Shown: piece after piece, positions 28,766 through 39,655 of the stretch
Position numbering within the stretch: the first letter of the stretch is position 1
Layout of the letters: each line of letters begins with the position of its first letter
Assembly (NCBI GenBank): GCA_963834385.1
Contig: CAWIBO010000002.1
Location: forward strand, 416,001 to 480,000
From: an uncultured Verrucomicrobiae bacterium
Lineage (GTDB): Bacteria > Verrucomicrobiota > Verrucomicrobiia > Chthoniobacterales > UBA10450
Length of the DNA stretch: 64,000 bases
Direction of reading: 5' to 3'
Notes under the pieces: generated by a model
Database searches by the model: none
Told to the model about the DNA's origin: nothing
What the model saw: the letters and a program-made list of their open reading frames with translations, nothing else
Translations under genes and position numbers: made by a program

Positions 28766-30352
28766 TCAATGGCGGGCCAAGAGGGTGTCCTCGGCATCGT
28801 CCTTTAACCGGGGATGATCGAGGGTGAAATGGAGCCCCCGGCTCTCCTTCCGGCTCAGGGCCGAATCAACGATCAGGGCCGCCACCGTGGCCAGATTGCG
28901 CGTTTCCAGCAGGTCCACCGTGACCTTGAAATTCCAGTAAAACTCCCGGATCTCCCTCTGCAGGTTGCGCAGGCGGGAGGCGGCGCGCTGCAACCGGCGT
29001 TCCGTCCGCACAATCCCGACGTAATCCCACATCAGGCGGCGGATTTCGTCCCAGTTGTGATAAATCACCACCAGTTCGTCCACGTCGGAGGCGTCGCCCG
29101 ATTTCCATTCCGGCAGGACCAGGGACCGGCCCGTCCGGGAGGGGGGCGGCGCGCTGATCATGGCCTGGCTGGCGCGGTGGGCCATGACGAGGCCTTCCAG
29201 GAGCGAGTTGCTGGCCAGGCGGTTCGCGCCATGGAGGCCGGTGCAGGCCGCCTCGCCCGCGGCGTAAAGGCCGGGAAGCGTGGTGGCGCCGTTGACATCG
29301 GTCCGGATGCCACCGCACTGGTAATGCGCCGCGGGCACCACCGGGATGGGCTGTTTCGTCATGTCGATCCCAAACCGGAGGCAGGTCTCGTAGATGTGGG
29401 GAAAGCGTTCCTGCAGAAACTCCGGTGATTTTGCGGTGATATCGAGGAAAACGCACTGTGTCCCCGCGCGTTTGATTTCGGCGTCGATGGCGCGGGCCAC
29501 GATGTCGCGCGGCGCGAGTGAGCCCTGCGGATGATAGCGCGGCATGAAATCCTCGCCGCGGGTGTTGCGGAGGATGCCCCCCTCCCCGCGGACCGCCTCG
29601 GAGATCAGGAAAGACTTGGCCTGGGCGTGAAAGAGACAGGTGGGATGGAACTGGACGAATTCCATGTTGGCGATGACGGCGCCCGCGCGCCAGGCGATGG
29701 CCACGCCATCGCCGGTGGCCACGTCCGGGTTGGTGGAATAGAGATACACCTTGCCGCAACCGCCGGTGGCGATCAGGACCCGGTCGGACCGAAGGGTCTC
29801 AACTTTTTGCGCGTCTTCGTCCAGGACATAAAGGCCAAGGCACCGGTCTTCCGTGGCAAAACCGAGCTTGCCCGCCGTGATTAGATCGACCGCCATGTGG
29901 TGCTCCAACAGTTCGATGCGCGGATGGGCCCGCACCTGGCGCAAAAGTGTTCCCTCGATCTCGGCGCCGGTGACGTCGCGCACATGCAGGATGCGGCGCT
30001 TTGAGTGGCCGCCCTCCCGCCCAAGGTCAAATTCCCGGTCAACCTCCCGGCGATCGAACTTCATCCCCATCTCCACCAGCTCGGCCAGGCGAGCCGGACC
30101 TTCCGTGACCACGGTCCGCACCACTTCCTCGTCGCAAAGGCCCGCCCCGGCGGCGAGCGTGTCGCGGATATGAAGCTCAAAGGAATCCTCCTCGCTCGTG
30201 ACGCAGGCCACCCCGCCCTGCGCCCAGGCCGTGTTCGTGTCCGCCCCTTTCCTTTTCGTCACCACCGCGACCGAGCCCGCCCTCGCGGCCTTGAGGGCAA
30301 AGCTCAGCCCGGCAATCCCGCTCCCGATCACGATAAAATCGAATTCCTTCAT
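28766..30352 (-). CDS. nadB: L-aspartate oxidase
   Basis: GSGIAG, WAQGG, EGGHSKRRILH, QFHPT, AHYQCGG, HGANRLASNSLLEG, ESRGLH. Confidence 0.96.
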   Translation of the reverse strand: MKEFDFIVIGSGIAGLSFALKAARAGSVAVVTKRKGADTNTAWAQGGVACVTSEEDSFELHIRDTLAAGAGLCDEEVVRTVVTEGPARLAELVEMGMKFDRREVDREFDLGREGGHSKRRILHVRDVTGAEIEGTLLRQVRAHPRIELLEHHMAVDLITAGKLGFATEDRCLGLYVLDEDAQKVETLRSDRVLIATGGCGKVYLYSTNPDVATGDGVAIAWRAGAVIANMEFVQFHPTCLFHAQAKSFLISEAVRGEGGILRNTRGEDFMPRYHPQGSLAPRDIVARAIDAEIKRAGTQCVFLDITAKSPEFLQERFPHIYETCLRFGIDMTKQPIPVVPAAHYQCGGIRTDVNGATTLPGLYAAGEAACTGLHGANRLASNSLLEGLVMAHRASQAMISAPPPSRTGRSLVLPEWKSGDASDVDELVVIYHNWDEIRRLMWDYVGIVRTERRLQRAASRLRNLQREIREFYWNFKVTVDLLETRNLATVAALIVDSALSRKESRGLHFTLDHPRLKDDAEDTLLARH

Positions 30353-31194
30353 CAGATCCGGATGTTGTCGATCAGGCGGGTCTTCCCAAAGAAGGCGGCC
30401 ACGGCCAGGACAACTCCCGGGCCGGCCGCGGCGGCCGGTTGCAGCGTTTCGCCATCCACCAGCTCGAGGTAGTCCAGCCGGGCGAGGTCGGCCTGCGCAA
30501 GGCGGGCCTGAGCCACCTCGAGGATTTTCGCGGGGCTGGTCTCGCCGGCCCGCGCGGCCTTGGCCGCGTCCAGCAAAGCCTGGCGCAGAATCGGCGCCTG
30601 GGCGCGTTCCGCCGTGGTCAGATACTGATTCCGCGAGCTGCAGGCGAGACCGTCCGCCTCGCGCACGGTCGGCACGCCGATGATCTCGATGGGAAAATCA
30701 AGGTCGCGCACGAGGCGACGAATAATGGCCAGCTGCTGGAAATCTTTCTCGCCAAAGATCGCGATCTCGGGAGCCAGGATGTGAAACAGCTTGGTCACGA
30801 CCGTGCAGACCCCGCGGAAATGGCCCGGGCGCGAACGGCCACAAAGCGTCTGCGAAAGGGAAACCTCTTCCACGTAGACCGAACGATCAGGGGCATACAT
30901 CTCCGAAGGACCGGGACGGAAAAGAAGGTCAACCCCGGCCTCGCGGCAAAGCTTCTCGTCCTCTTCCTCCGGCCGCGGATAACGCTCCAGGTCCGCCCCC
31001 GGCTCAAACTGGAGCGGATTCACAAAAATGCTGGCCACCAGTTCGCCCTCCGGGCCGGCGGCCGACCGGCCCTGCTGCAACAATTCCAGGTGACCGCGAT
31101 GCAGAGCTCCCATGGTCGGGACAAGGACACGGGGGCGGCTCCCGCCCGATCGCACCAGGGCCATGGCTTCGCTGCTGCGGGTGCAAATTTTCAT
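30352..31194 (-). CDS. panC: Pantoate-beta-alanine ligase
   Basis: VPTMGALHRGH, SIFVNPLQF, RPGHFRGV, FGEKDFQQ, GLACSSRN, RLIDN. Confidence 0.97.
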   Translation of the reverse strand: MKICTRSSEAMALVRSGGSRPRVLVPTMGALHRGHLELLQQGRSAAGPEGELVASIFVNPLQFEPGADLERYPRPEEEDEKLCREAGVDLLFRPGPSEMYAPDRSVYVEEVSLSQTLCGRSRPGHFRGVCTVVTKLFHILAPEIAIFGEKDFQQLAIIRRLVRDLDFPIEIIGVPTVREADGLACSSRNQYLTTAERAQAPILRQALLDAAKAARAGETSPAKILEVAQARLAQADLARLDYLELVDGETLQPAAAAGPGVVLAVAAFFGKTRLIDNIRI

Positions 31195-31904
31195 GGTCTG
31201 CTCCCGGCGTTCTTCTTTTCCATCCAGATTGCCTGGCGCGCAAAACGGAATCGCCGGTGGCCAAACTCGCGCCAACCAGCCTGCCGCGCCAGTTGTCCCA
31301 GCTCGGGAAACGAAAAGGCACGGCGGGCGGAAAGGCGGGCGTCCACCCGCGTCATCTCTTCGCGGTAAAAGGTATGCGTCAGGAGAAAGACGCCGGCGCT
31401 GGCCAGAGGGCCGCGGCGGAGGTCGGCCACAAGAAGACCTTTCCGAAACCAGCCGGCCATGCGCCGGAGCAGGCCAACCGCATCCGCCTCGGAAAAATGA
31501 TGAAGCGCGAGCGAGCAGAACACGAAATCGTACGGCTCGACCGGCGTCCAGGCCAGGGCGTCCGCCTCCACAAACGTGATCTCAGGCCAGGCCGCGCTCT
31601 CCGTCCGCGCAATTTCCAGGGTCGAGCTCTGCCGGTCGATCGCGGTGATGGCAACCGGCGCCCCCACCCGCCGGGCGTGGCCGGCGATCAGCCGCGGAAT
31701 GTCCCCGGAGCCGGTGGCGACATCGAGCACCGTGCCGGGCGCGCCCGGCACGATCCAGCGGCCAAGGAATTTCTGCACGAGGGCGTGGCTGCCGAAATGC
31801 CGGTTCAGGCTGCGCAGGTTCCGCAGGTCCGCCCGCAGTTCGGGGGTGACCGGCTGCGGACGGTCCATCAATTCCGGCTCCGCCGGGTCAAACTGCCGGG
31901 GCAT
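31191..31904 (-). CDS. SAM-dependent methyltransferase
   Basis: ELMD, VLDVATGSGD, SLALHHF. Confidence 0.85.
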   Translation of the reverse strand: MPRQFDPAEPELMDRPQPVTPELRADLRNLRSLNRHFGSHALVQKFLGRWIVPGAPGTVLDVATGSGDIPRLIAGHARRVGAPVAITAIDRQSSTLEIARTESAAWPEITFVEADALAWTPVEPYDFVFCSLALHHFSEADAVGLLRRMAGWFRKGLLVADLRRGPLASAGVFLLTHTFYREEMTRVDARLSARRAFSFPELGQLARQAGWREFGHRRFRFARQAIWMEKKNAGSRP

Positions 31905-31913
31905 GGTCCCGTG

Positions 31914-32654
31914 TCAGGCCTGGAGGAAAGCCTGCCATTCCGCCGGCAGCCCGGCGGTTTCGACTTCGCTGGCGATCCTGCCCTCGAACTCGGGCCGGAA
32001 GGCGGTGGAGGTGCCGTAGACCATGATGACATCCTCGGAAGACTCGGCGCGCAGGGCGTGCGCCACGCCAGCCGGGATGACCACGCCGACGTTGTTGGGC
32101 CCGCGATGGTTGTCGCCTTCGACCAGGAACCGCATGGTGCGCGGCGGCAGGCCGGCGCGGACATCGCGCAGGATCATCTCGACACTGCCCTGGACAAAGA
32201 ACATGGCGTCCCATTGTTCCTCGTCGTAAGGGCGCAGCGAATAATCCTCACCGTGCGCCGGAAAGAGGCGCGCAAACCATTTGGCCGGTTCGGTGTCGGC
32301 CGGGATGGCGGGTGGATGCACGTGGAAACCCTTGGCCGTCTGCGCGTACATGCGCGCCGTGGCCCATTGCCGCGGCCAGAGCCCGATGCGGCCGAGGACG
32401 CCCTCGTCGCGCCGGGCGAATTCGCCGAAGAACCCGCGGTGACGCTGCGGATGGACCGCGCGCGAAAAAATCTCCACGCCGGGGATCCAGGCCTGGCTGA
32501 TGACCGGATCGTCGCGGTCGGCCGCGGCGAGAAGCGATGCTTCCACCCCATCCTCCGCGATCTGCCGGGCCAGATCCCGTTTTGCATAATCGCGCGTGCG
32601 CAGGGCCTTTTGCGCCGCGCTGCCCAGTCCCCGCCAGAGATTCGAATCGCTCAT
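31914..32654 (-). CDS. RmlC-like cupin (dTDP-4-dehydrorhamnose 3,5-epimerase family)
   Basis: HRGFFGEFAR, KGFHVH, DVRAG, IPAGVAH. Confidence 0.7.
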   Translation of the reverse strand: MSDSNLWRGLGSAAQKALRTRDYAKRDLARQIAEDGVEASLLAAADRDDPVISQAWIPGVEIFSRAVHPQRHRGFFGEFARRDEGVLGRIGLWPRQWATARMYAQTAKGFHVHPPAIPADTEPAKWFARLFPAHGEDYSLRPYDEEQWDAMFFVQGSVEMILRDVRAGLPPRTMRFLVEGDNHRGPNNVGVVIPAGVAHALRAESSEDVIMVYGTSTAFRPEFEGRIASEVETAGLPAEWQAFLQA

Positions 32655-32657
32655 CGT

Positions 32658-34574
32658 TCAGTTGCCTAACGAAAAATCGGCCCGCTCGCGAGAGAGATTT
32701 GGATGGTAATACGGATCGCGTTCCCAAACCGAACGCCAACGGACCCGCATTCGCGCCAGCATTTCCTCGTCGGGCCGCGGCGCCTCGGGGCGCAGGTGGG
32801 TCAGGCGGGCAAACGGCGTGGAGACCACCAGATGGCCGGCCTGCCGGAGTCGCAGACAGTAATCAAGGTCGGCCCAGGCCCCCATTTCCCCGTCAAATCC
32901 GCGCACCGAACGAAAAACATCGCGGCGCGTCAGCAGACAGTCGCCGCTGACCGCGCTGTAATTGCGGGTGATGCGCGCCTGCCGGGCCGCACCGGGCGCG
33001 GCCGCCGGAAAGCCGCGAAAGGCATGATCAACGCCGGTCCCGACGGAAAAGACCACGCCGGCATGGTGAATTTCCCCGCCCGGCGTAAGGAGCCGGGCGC
33101 CGACCGCTCCCACCTCGGGCCGCGTGGCCTGCTCGGCCATGTGAAAAAGCCATTCCTCGTCGAGCGGGCGAACCAGCGCCGAACAAAAAAGCAGGAGCGA
33201 AGCGGCGCATCGGTCGACCGCGAGGTTGAACGCCCCCGCCTTTGGACCGGCAAAAGGAAGGGCCGCCGCCGTCTGACCGTGCCCGGCCAGGTTCAGCCGA
33301 TCCAGCACCGCCGCGGAGCCGGTCACAATCACCTCAAACGGGACCGGCCCGCTCCGGCCGCGCAAGCCCGCGAGAAAACCCTCGACCTCGCCCGGCGCCT
33401 CATCGGCATGCACGATCACCGCCGCCCGCGTTTCCACGGGAATTTCGCGCCGGACGCGGTAAGCGTGCGTGGACCAGTCAATCGCGACATGGCCCGCGAC
33501 GCGTGTGCGCTCGAGATGTTCCCGAAGGGCGCGCTGGCCGGCCTCGAGCGCGCCCGGTTTGTGCCTGATGTTGTTCGAGGTGGAGCCTTCGCGCCGCCGC
33601 CAGTGATAGAGCACGTGCGGCAGATGGTGAATGCGGCCGGTCTTCTCGCTCAGGCGCAGGCAGAGATCGTAGTCCTGCGCCCCTTCAAATCCCTCGCGCA
33701 AACCGCCCACTTCCTCGAGGAGCGCGCGGCGGACCACGAGAAGATGCGCGATGTAATTGTAGGAAAGAAAATAGTCGGGCGACCAGTCGGGCTTCAGCAT
33801 CGGTGATTCGAGACCGTGCGCCCCCAGCTTGTCCTCGTCGGAATAGAGAAGGTCCGCGCCCCGCTCACGCTGGAGCAGCTCGACCACGCGGAAAAGCGCA
33901 TCCGGTTCCAGCAGGTCGTCATGATCGAGGAAGGCGACCCATTCGCCCTGCGCCTCGGCGAGGGCACGGTTGGTGGCGGTGCTGATCCCGCCGCTTTGAG
34001 CAAGGCGCTCCTGGCGGATGCGCGGATCGTCGAGGCCGGCCAGGGCCTCCGCCGTGCCGTCGTCGCTGGAGCCGTCATCGACCACGATCCATTCCCAGCG
34101 CGGGTAAACCTGGGCCATGACCGAAGCGGCCGTTTCCCGGAGAAGCGCGCCGGGCGTGTTGTGCACCGGGGTCACGATGCTGAGGAGCGGCCGGAACGGG
34201 AAAAGGGCGGCCTCCTGGCGCATCTCCTCGAGACGTTCCGGGCCGGGGCGATGCCGTTGCAGCCAGGCCTGGTAGGCGGCAATCTCCGGGGGCGCCGGAC
34301 GGTCGGCCTCCGGGGCGGCCCGGCCGAACAGGCGTTTCCACCAGCGGGCGCGGCCCCGCCCGGCGGCGCGCAGCCGCGCCACCTCGATTTTCGCCTTCTT
34401 CAGCTCGAGCAGACGCGTCTCCAGGCCGGCGATGTGCGCCGCGGCTTCCTCCAGCTCGGATTTCCGCACCCGGGCCTGCTGCTGCAGGCGCCGCAGTTCC
34501 TCCTGCCGTTGGTCGGGTTTAGCATCCATGCGCGCGCCCGCAGGCTTCTCCAAAGCGGCGGGCTCGGCTGACAT
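32658..34574 (-). CDS. Two-domain GT2 glycosyltransferase with N-terminal coiled coil (O-antigen synthesis type)
   Basis: SIVTPVHN, VVDDGS, FLDHDD, YSDED, GAQDYD, LYHWR; second domain SAVSGDCL, DLDYCLR, DPYYHPNL. Confidence 0.88.
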   Translation of the reverse strand: MSAEPAALEKPAGARMDAKPDQRQEELRRLQQQARVRKSELEEAAAHIAGLETRLLELKKAKIEVARLRAAGRGRARWWKRLFGRAAPEADRPAPPEIAAYQAWLQRHRPGPERLEEMRQEAALFPFRPLLSIVTPVHNTPGALLRETAASVMAQVYPRWEWIVVDDGSSDDGTAEALAGLDDPRIRQERLAQSGGISTATNRALAEAQGEWVAFLDHDDLLEPDALFRVVELLQRERGADLLYSDEDKLGAHGLESPMLKPDWSPDYFLSYNYIAHLLVVRRALLEEVGGLREGFEGAQDYDLCLRLSEKTGRIHHLPHVLYHWRRREGSTSNNIRHKPGALEAGQRALREHLERTRVAGHVAIDWSTHAYRVRREIPVETRAAVIVHADEAPGEVEGFLAGLRGRSGPVPFEVIVTGSAAVLDRLNLAGHGQTAAALPFAGPKAGAFNLAVDRCAASLLLFCSALVRPLDEEWLFHMAEQATRPEVGAVGARLLTPGGEIHHAGVVFSVGTGVDHAFRGFPAAAPGAARQARITRNYSAVSGDCLLTRRDVFRSVRGFDGEMGAWADLDYCLRLRQAGHLVVSTPFARLTHLRPEAPRPDEEMLARMRVRWRSVWERDPYYHPNLSRERADFSLGN

Positions 34575-34639
34575 TATAAAGATTGAAGCGGGAAGCAGCC
34601 AAAATTACGGTGCGGCCCGCGACCTCGGTGCGGGACATC

Positions 34640-36547
34640 ATGCTCGATTACGGAGTTTACCTGCTTTATCGCGCGGCCTCCGCCCTGGCCCGGGCCCTGC
34701 CTCTGCGCTGGCTTTACGCGGCCGGCTCCGCGCTGGGGTTCGTCATCTGGCTGGCCCTGCCCTCCTATCGGCAGCTCGCCCGCGACAATTTGCGCCTGGC
34801 CTTTGCCGGGGAAAAAAGCGCGGAGGAACAGCGCGAGATCGCCCGGCGGCATTTCCGCCGCCTGGTCGCCAACGTCATTTGCGGGCTCAAGTTTCCCTCG
34901 CTCACGCCGGAACAGATTCTCGCGCACGTCACGGTGGAGAATGTCGAGGCGATGCACCGTTGCTTCCGGAGCGGGCGGCCCGTGGTGCTCATCCTGAGCC
35001 ACCTGAGCAACTGGGAATTGTTCGCGCAGACCATGCCCCATTTCTTTGGTTACATCCGCGCCAGCACGGTCTTCCAAAAACTGCGTAATCCTTATCTCGA
35101 CCGCCACATCCGCGCCATGCGCGCACGCACCGGCCTGGAGCTGTTTGACCGCAGCGAAGGTTTCCAGGGCACCATCGGCCTGCTGCGCGACGGGGGTGGC
35201 GTCGGCATCCTGAGCGACCAGCATGCCGGCGACCACGGGATCTGGATGCCGTTCTTCGGCCGGCTCGCCTCCACCACGCCGCTCCCCGCCCTGCTCGCGC
35301 GACGAACCGGCGCCGCCGTCATCGCGGCCGCCGTCTACGCGGAAGGATCGGCGCGCTGGCGCATGGTTTTCACCGACCCCATCAATGAAAAAGGAGATTC
35401 CGTCGAGACGCTGACCGCGCGCATGAGCAGCGTGATCGAACAACAGATTCGGCGGGCGCCGGAGGATTGGTTCTGGGTGCACAACCGCTGGAAAACGCCC
35501 AAGCCCGAGTTTCTTCTCTCCCGCTACAAGCGCGGCCTTCATCTGCCCAACGGGATGGAAAAGCTCAAGCCTTTCCGGATCCTGGTCCGGTCACCCAACT
35601 GGCTCGGCGACGCTGTCATGGCGGTGCCAGCCGTGCGCGCCATCAAACGCGGCCGGCCTGATGCTCACGTCACCGTGGCCGTCCCGGCCCGGATTGCGGA
35701 CGTCTGGCGGCTCGTCGACGCGGTTGACGAGATCGTGCCGCTGCCGGAACGAAGCCTGTTCGGGGCCGCCCGTTTGCTGCGTTCGCGCGGACCGTTTGAT
35801 GTCGCGATTTTGTTCCCCAATTCCCTGCGCGCGGCGCTGGAAAGCTGGCTCGCCGGGGTGCCCCGCCGCGCCGGACAACGCGGCCACCATCGCCGGCTGT
35901 TCCTGAATCAGATCATCCGTGAACGGGAATTGCCCGGGCCGCCGCGGCACCAGGCGGACCGTTATCTTCGCATGGTGCACCGACTGGGCGCGCCGACCGG
36001 GGCGGCTGATTTGTTCGCCCCGGCCTCTCCCCCGCCGGCGGCCGCCGGTCCTGCCCGGATCGGATTGTGTCCCGGGGCCGAGTACGGTCCGGCCAAACGC
36101 TGGCTGCCGGAGCGCTTCGCCGACGTTGTTTCCACCCTCTCGGCGGAAAGCGACGCTGAGTGGATGATTTTCGGCACCGCGCGGGACCGACCGGTGGCGG
36201 AAAAGATTGCCGGGCTCGCCCGCGGCCGGATCACCAACCTCGCGGGACGGACCACGCTTGGTGAATTGATCGAGCACCTGCAAAGTTGCCGGGTGCTCCT
36301 GACCAACGACACCGGCACCATGCACCTCGCGGCCCTGCTGGGTGTGCCGACCGTGGCCATCTTCGGCTCGACCGAGCCGCGCCTGACCGGGCCGATGGGC
36401 GGCGGGCACACGGTCCTGCGGCATCATGTCGAGTGCAGCCCCTGTTTTCTGCGCGAATGTCCGATCGATTTTCGCTGCATGAAGGCCGTGACCGCGCCGG
36501 AGGTGAGCGCGGCCGTTCGCGCGCTCCTGGCCGCGGAATCGAAATAG
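34640..36547 (+). CDS. waaF: Fused lipid A acyltransferase (LpxL family) + LPS heptosyltransferase II (WaaF, GT9)
   Basis: SHLSNWE, ILSDQH, FFGR, WFWVHNRWK; then RSPNWLGDAVM, CPGAEYGPAKRW, TNDTGTMHLAA, FGST, CSPCFLREC. Confidence 0.88.
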   Translation: MLDYGVYLLYRAASALARALPLRWLYAAGSALGFVIWLALPSYRQLARDNLRLAFAGEKSAEEQREIARRHFRRLVANVICGLKFPSLTPEQILAHVTVENVEAMHRCFRSGRPVVLILSHLSNWELFAQTMPHFFGYIRASTVFQKLRNPYLDRHIRAMRARTGLELFDRSEGFQGTIGLLRDGGGVGILSDQHAGDHGIWMPFFGRLASTTPLPALLARRTGAAVIAAAVYAEGSARWRMVFTDPINEKGDSVETLTARMSSVIEQQIRRAPEDWFWVHNRWKTPKPEFLLSRYKRGLHLPNGMEKLKPFRILVRSPNWLGDAVMAVPAVRAIKRGRPDAHVTVAVPARIADVWRLVDAVDEIVPLPERSLFGAARLLRSRGPFDVAILFPNSLRAALESWLAGVPRRAGQRGHHRRLFLNQIIRERELPGPPRHQADRYLRMVHRLGAPTGAADLFAPASPPPAAAGPARIGLCPGAEYGPAKRWLPERFADVVSTLSAESDAEWMIFGTARDRPVAEKIAGLARGRITNLAGRTTLGELIEHLQSCRVLLTNDTGTMHLAALLGVPTVAIFGSTEPRLTGPMGGGHTVLRHHVECSPCFLRECPIDFRCMKAVTAPEVSAAVRALLAAESK

Positions 36548-36595
36548 GCGACAAATCCTTTTGCTTTAACCCGGGCCTTTGGAATCATCAGGCCC

Positions 36596-37033
36596 ATGTC
36601 CGAAGAGGAGTTGCAACCGCGCATCGAGACCGAGGTGCAGGTGATGTTTTTCGACACCGACTGTGCGGCGGTGGTGCACAACATCGCCTACCTGCGGTTT
36701 ATCGAGACGGCGCGCACTCTTCTCGCCGGCCAGCTTGGCCTGGGCCTGGCCGAGATGGCAACCAGCGGCCGCTACCCCGTGGTCGTGCGGACCGAGATCG
36801 ATTACCGCAAGCCGGCGAAACTGGCGGACAGGCTGGTGGTGCACGGCTGGCTCGACCGGCTGGAGCGGGTGCGTTTCTGGTGCGGCTTCCGCATTCTCCG
36901 CCCGGCGGACGAAAGCGTGATCGCGGAGTGCCGCCAGATGCTGGCCCTGATCGAAATGCCGGCGGGGAAACTCCTGCGCCTGCCGGAAACGTGGGAAAAA
37001 TTTCGCGGAGCGGATAACAGCGCGGCTGCCTGA
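36596..37033 (+). CDS. Acyl-CoA thioesterase (4HBT/YbgC family)
   Basis: FFDTDCAAVVHNIAYLRFIETAR; IDYRKPA. Confidence 0.88.
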   Translation: MSEEELQPRIETEVQVMFFDTDCAAVVHNIAYLRFIETARTLLAGQLGLGLAEMATSGRYPVVVRTEIDYRKPAKLADRLVVHGWLDRLERVRFWCGFRILRPADESVIAECRQMLALIEMPAGKLLRLPETWEKFRGADNSAAA

Positions 37034-37036
37034 GCC

Positions 37037-38837
37037 ATGACCACGAGCATTCCGATATTGCGGCCCCACGAGATCATGCTGGAACCGCGCGCGCTGCCGC
37101 CGCCGCCGGTGCGCCATGCCCTCTTTGGCACCTTGCTGGCCGTCTCGATTCTGCTGCATGTCGCGACCGCAGGCTGGGGTGATCTTTACAACGAAACCGA
37201 CGGGCAGTACGCCGGAGCTGCGCGCGAAATGCTGGAGCGAAACGACTGGCTCATGCCCTCCAACAACGGCATTCCGCGCCTGCAAAAACCGCCGCTGGTT
37301 TATTGGATGACGCTGGCGAGCTACAAGCTGTTCGGGGTCAACGAAGCGGCCGCCCGGCTCCCCATGTCCCTCGCCACCGTGGCTACCGTGGCGCTCGTCT
37401 TCCTGATCGGGGAACGCCTGAAGAATCATTGGCAGGGGTTTCTCGCGGGCGTCATCTACCTGTGTTCCGCCGGTACAGTTCCTCCTCAACCGCATCATCA
37501 TGCCGGAACCGGTTTTCACGGCCTGCGTCACGGCCGCCGTCTTTTGCGGCATTGCCGGCTACCAGGCTCGGCGATGGCGACAGCTCTGGTTTGCCGGCGC
37601 CTGGACGGCCGCGGCGTTCGCCTGCCTGGCCAAGGGATTGCACGGCCTGCTTTATCCCGCCGCGATCTTCCTCGTCCTCGCCCTCCCGTATCGCGAGGCC
37701 CGGCTGCGCTTCCGCGGACTGCTGCGCTGGCACCATCTCGCTCTTTTTCTTCTTCTCGTCGCTCCCTGGCATGTCTGGGGCGAGCTTCGTTTTCCCGGTT
37801 TCATCCAGTACGTCACCGGCACCGAATGGATGGGCCATCTCGCGGGCCAGGAGGATGCCACCGACAGTTTCGACGATGTCCCGCGCTGGCAGTTTCTCCT
37901 GCTTCATCTCTTCTGGTGGTTCCCATGGGGTTTCGTCATCGTCCCGGAGGCCATTTATGCGTGGCGCAAGGTGATCCGCCCGCGCGAGATCGATTTCGGC
38001 GACGCGGTGCCCCTCTGCTGGATGGCGGTGGTTTTCCTGCCGCTCCTTTTCATCGGCCAGCGCCAGGATTACTACTCGATGTCCATGTGGCCCGCCTTCG
38101 CCCTCTGGGCCGCCACCGCCTGGGAACGGATCTCCGACAAGGTCCAGCTCGCGTGCTCCGCGGTGCTGGTCGCCCTCGGCACCCTGCTCGCGGCGCTGGC
38201 CGCCGGGCTGCCCCGCCTGCTGCGCGTCAGCGACGAGGAATGGGGCAAGACGGCCGAGCGTTCCACCGCCTGGAACACCCTGCGCGATGTGCCGAATTCA
38301 CAATGGCTCGACCTGCGCTGGCTCCTGATCCTTTCCGCGGTTTCCCTGGGTGTGGCAGGTCTTCTCGCCATCTTCCTTGTCCTGAAAGAGCGCAAGCGCG
38401 CCGCCGTCATCACCATCTCCATTGCCATGGTCCCGATTGGCCTGGCCATGATCGAGGGAGTGGCAAAAATGGCGCCCTATTTCTCCCTGGCCAAGGCCGC
38501 GCGCTACCTGAACACCCACGCCGAGCCCGGGGACGAAATCATGTATGAAGGGGCGCTCCACGTCGGGAGCAGCCTGGTTTTTTATCTCGACCGCAAGTTT
38601 CTCCTGATCGACCAGCCGCCGGAACCGCTGCCACCTTCCCTTCGCGGCAAGGTGGGCACCGATCGTTATGTCTCGGAACGGGGCGTGCTCGAAAAATGGG
38701 GAGAGCCCGACGGAGTTTACCTGATCATTGAACGGCAGCGCGTGCCCCACTGGCAGGAGACTTTGGTGGACCGGTTTCATGTCTTCCGTCAGGTGGCGAC
38801 CTGCGGCACCTACGTGGTCCTGACGAACAAACTCTAG
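37037..38837 (+). CDS. ArnT/GT39-family membrane glycosyltransferase; apparent +1 frameshift near 37478
   Basis: [26 protein letters not shown], then (F)[19 protein letters not shown]; multiple TMs. Confidence 0.85.
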
Positions 38838-39400
38838 GGCGGCAACGGCGCCCGGCGATCTTCGTCGAGGAAACGGGTCCAGAAGCCGCCGTAGGGGTGG
38901 ACTTGGGAGACCGGGCGACCCTCCCGCACCAGCGGCCGGCCTTCATTGGCCCACGCGAAAATCGAGCCGTCCAGGTTGCGCACATTGGCGAAACCAAGCG
39001 CCTGCAAACGCCGGACCATCTCGCCCGAGCGATATCCCACCGCGCAGTAGGTCACGATCGCGGTCTCTTTCTCCACCCCGGCCAAAGTCTCGGCCGGGTC
39101 GCTCCCTGGTTCGATCCGCCGCGCCCCGGGCAGATGGCTGACGGCGAACTCTTCGGCCGTGCGAACGTCCAGCAAAAGCGGCTTGGGCTGCTCGGGGCCC
39201 TCCAGCCACCGCGCCAGTTCCTCCGTCTCGATCCACTCAATCCCGGGAAAACGCTGCTGCAGCGTCCAGCGCAACACCCACCAATCCGCCTTCTGCAGCC
39301 AGAGCAGCGCCGCGCAGACAGCGGCAAAGCCAAGCAGGAAAAGGAGCAGGCGGGCGTTGAACAGGGGCTGGGGCTGGAAACGGCGGGGCGCGATATTCAT
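38834..39400 (-). CDS. Rhodanese-domain protein with N-terminal TM
   Basis: [35 protein letters not shown]. Confidence 0.88.
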   Translation of the reverse strand: MNIAPRRFQPQPLFNARLLLFLLGFAAVCAALLWLQKADWWVLRWTLQQRFPGIEWIETEELARWLEGPEQPKPLLLDVRTAEEFAVSHLPGARRIEPGSDPAETLAGVEKETAIVTYCAVGYRSGEMVRRLQALGFANVRNLDGSIFAWANEGRPLVREGRPVSQVHPYGGFWTRFLDEDRRAPLPP

Positions 39401-39463
39401 TTGAAATAACCGGGGTTGACGCTACTGTCCCCGCTCACTTTCGCAGGAATCACGGAGCATACT

Positions 39464-39619
39464 ATGTCGCAGCATCGCAGTCTTAAAGGCGCCAGCACCA
39501 TCACCGCCAAGCGCAACGTCCTCAAGCGTTTCGAACGCGTTGAGTTGCTGAAGAAGCGCGGCCAGTTCAAGGACGGCTCCAAGGTCATGGGCCTGCCCAA
39601 GACCAAGCCGGACGTCTAG
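39464..39619 (+). CDS. PVC-superphylum signature small basic protein
   Basis: MSQHRSLK...RNVLKRFERVELLKKRG...GLPK. Confidence 0.9.
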   Translation: MSQHRSLKGASTITAKRNVLKRFERVELLKKRGQFKDGSKVMGLPKTKPDV

Positions 39620-39655
39620 GAACGTCGCGCCGGCATCGCCGGGACCTCTTTTCCG

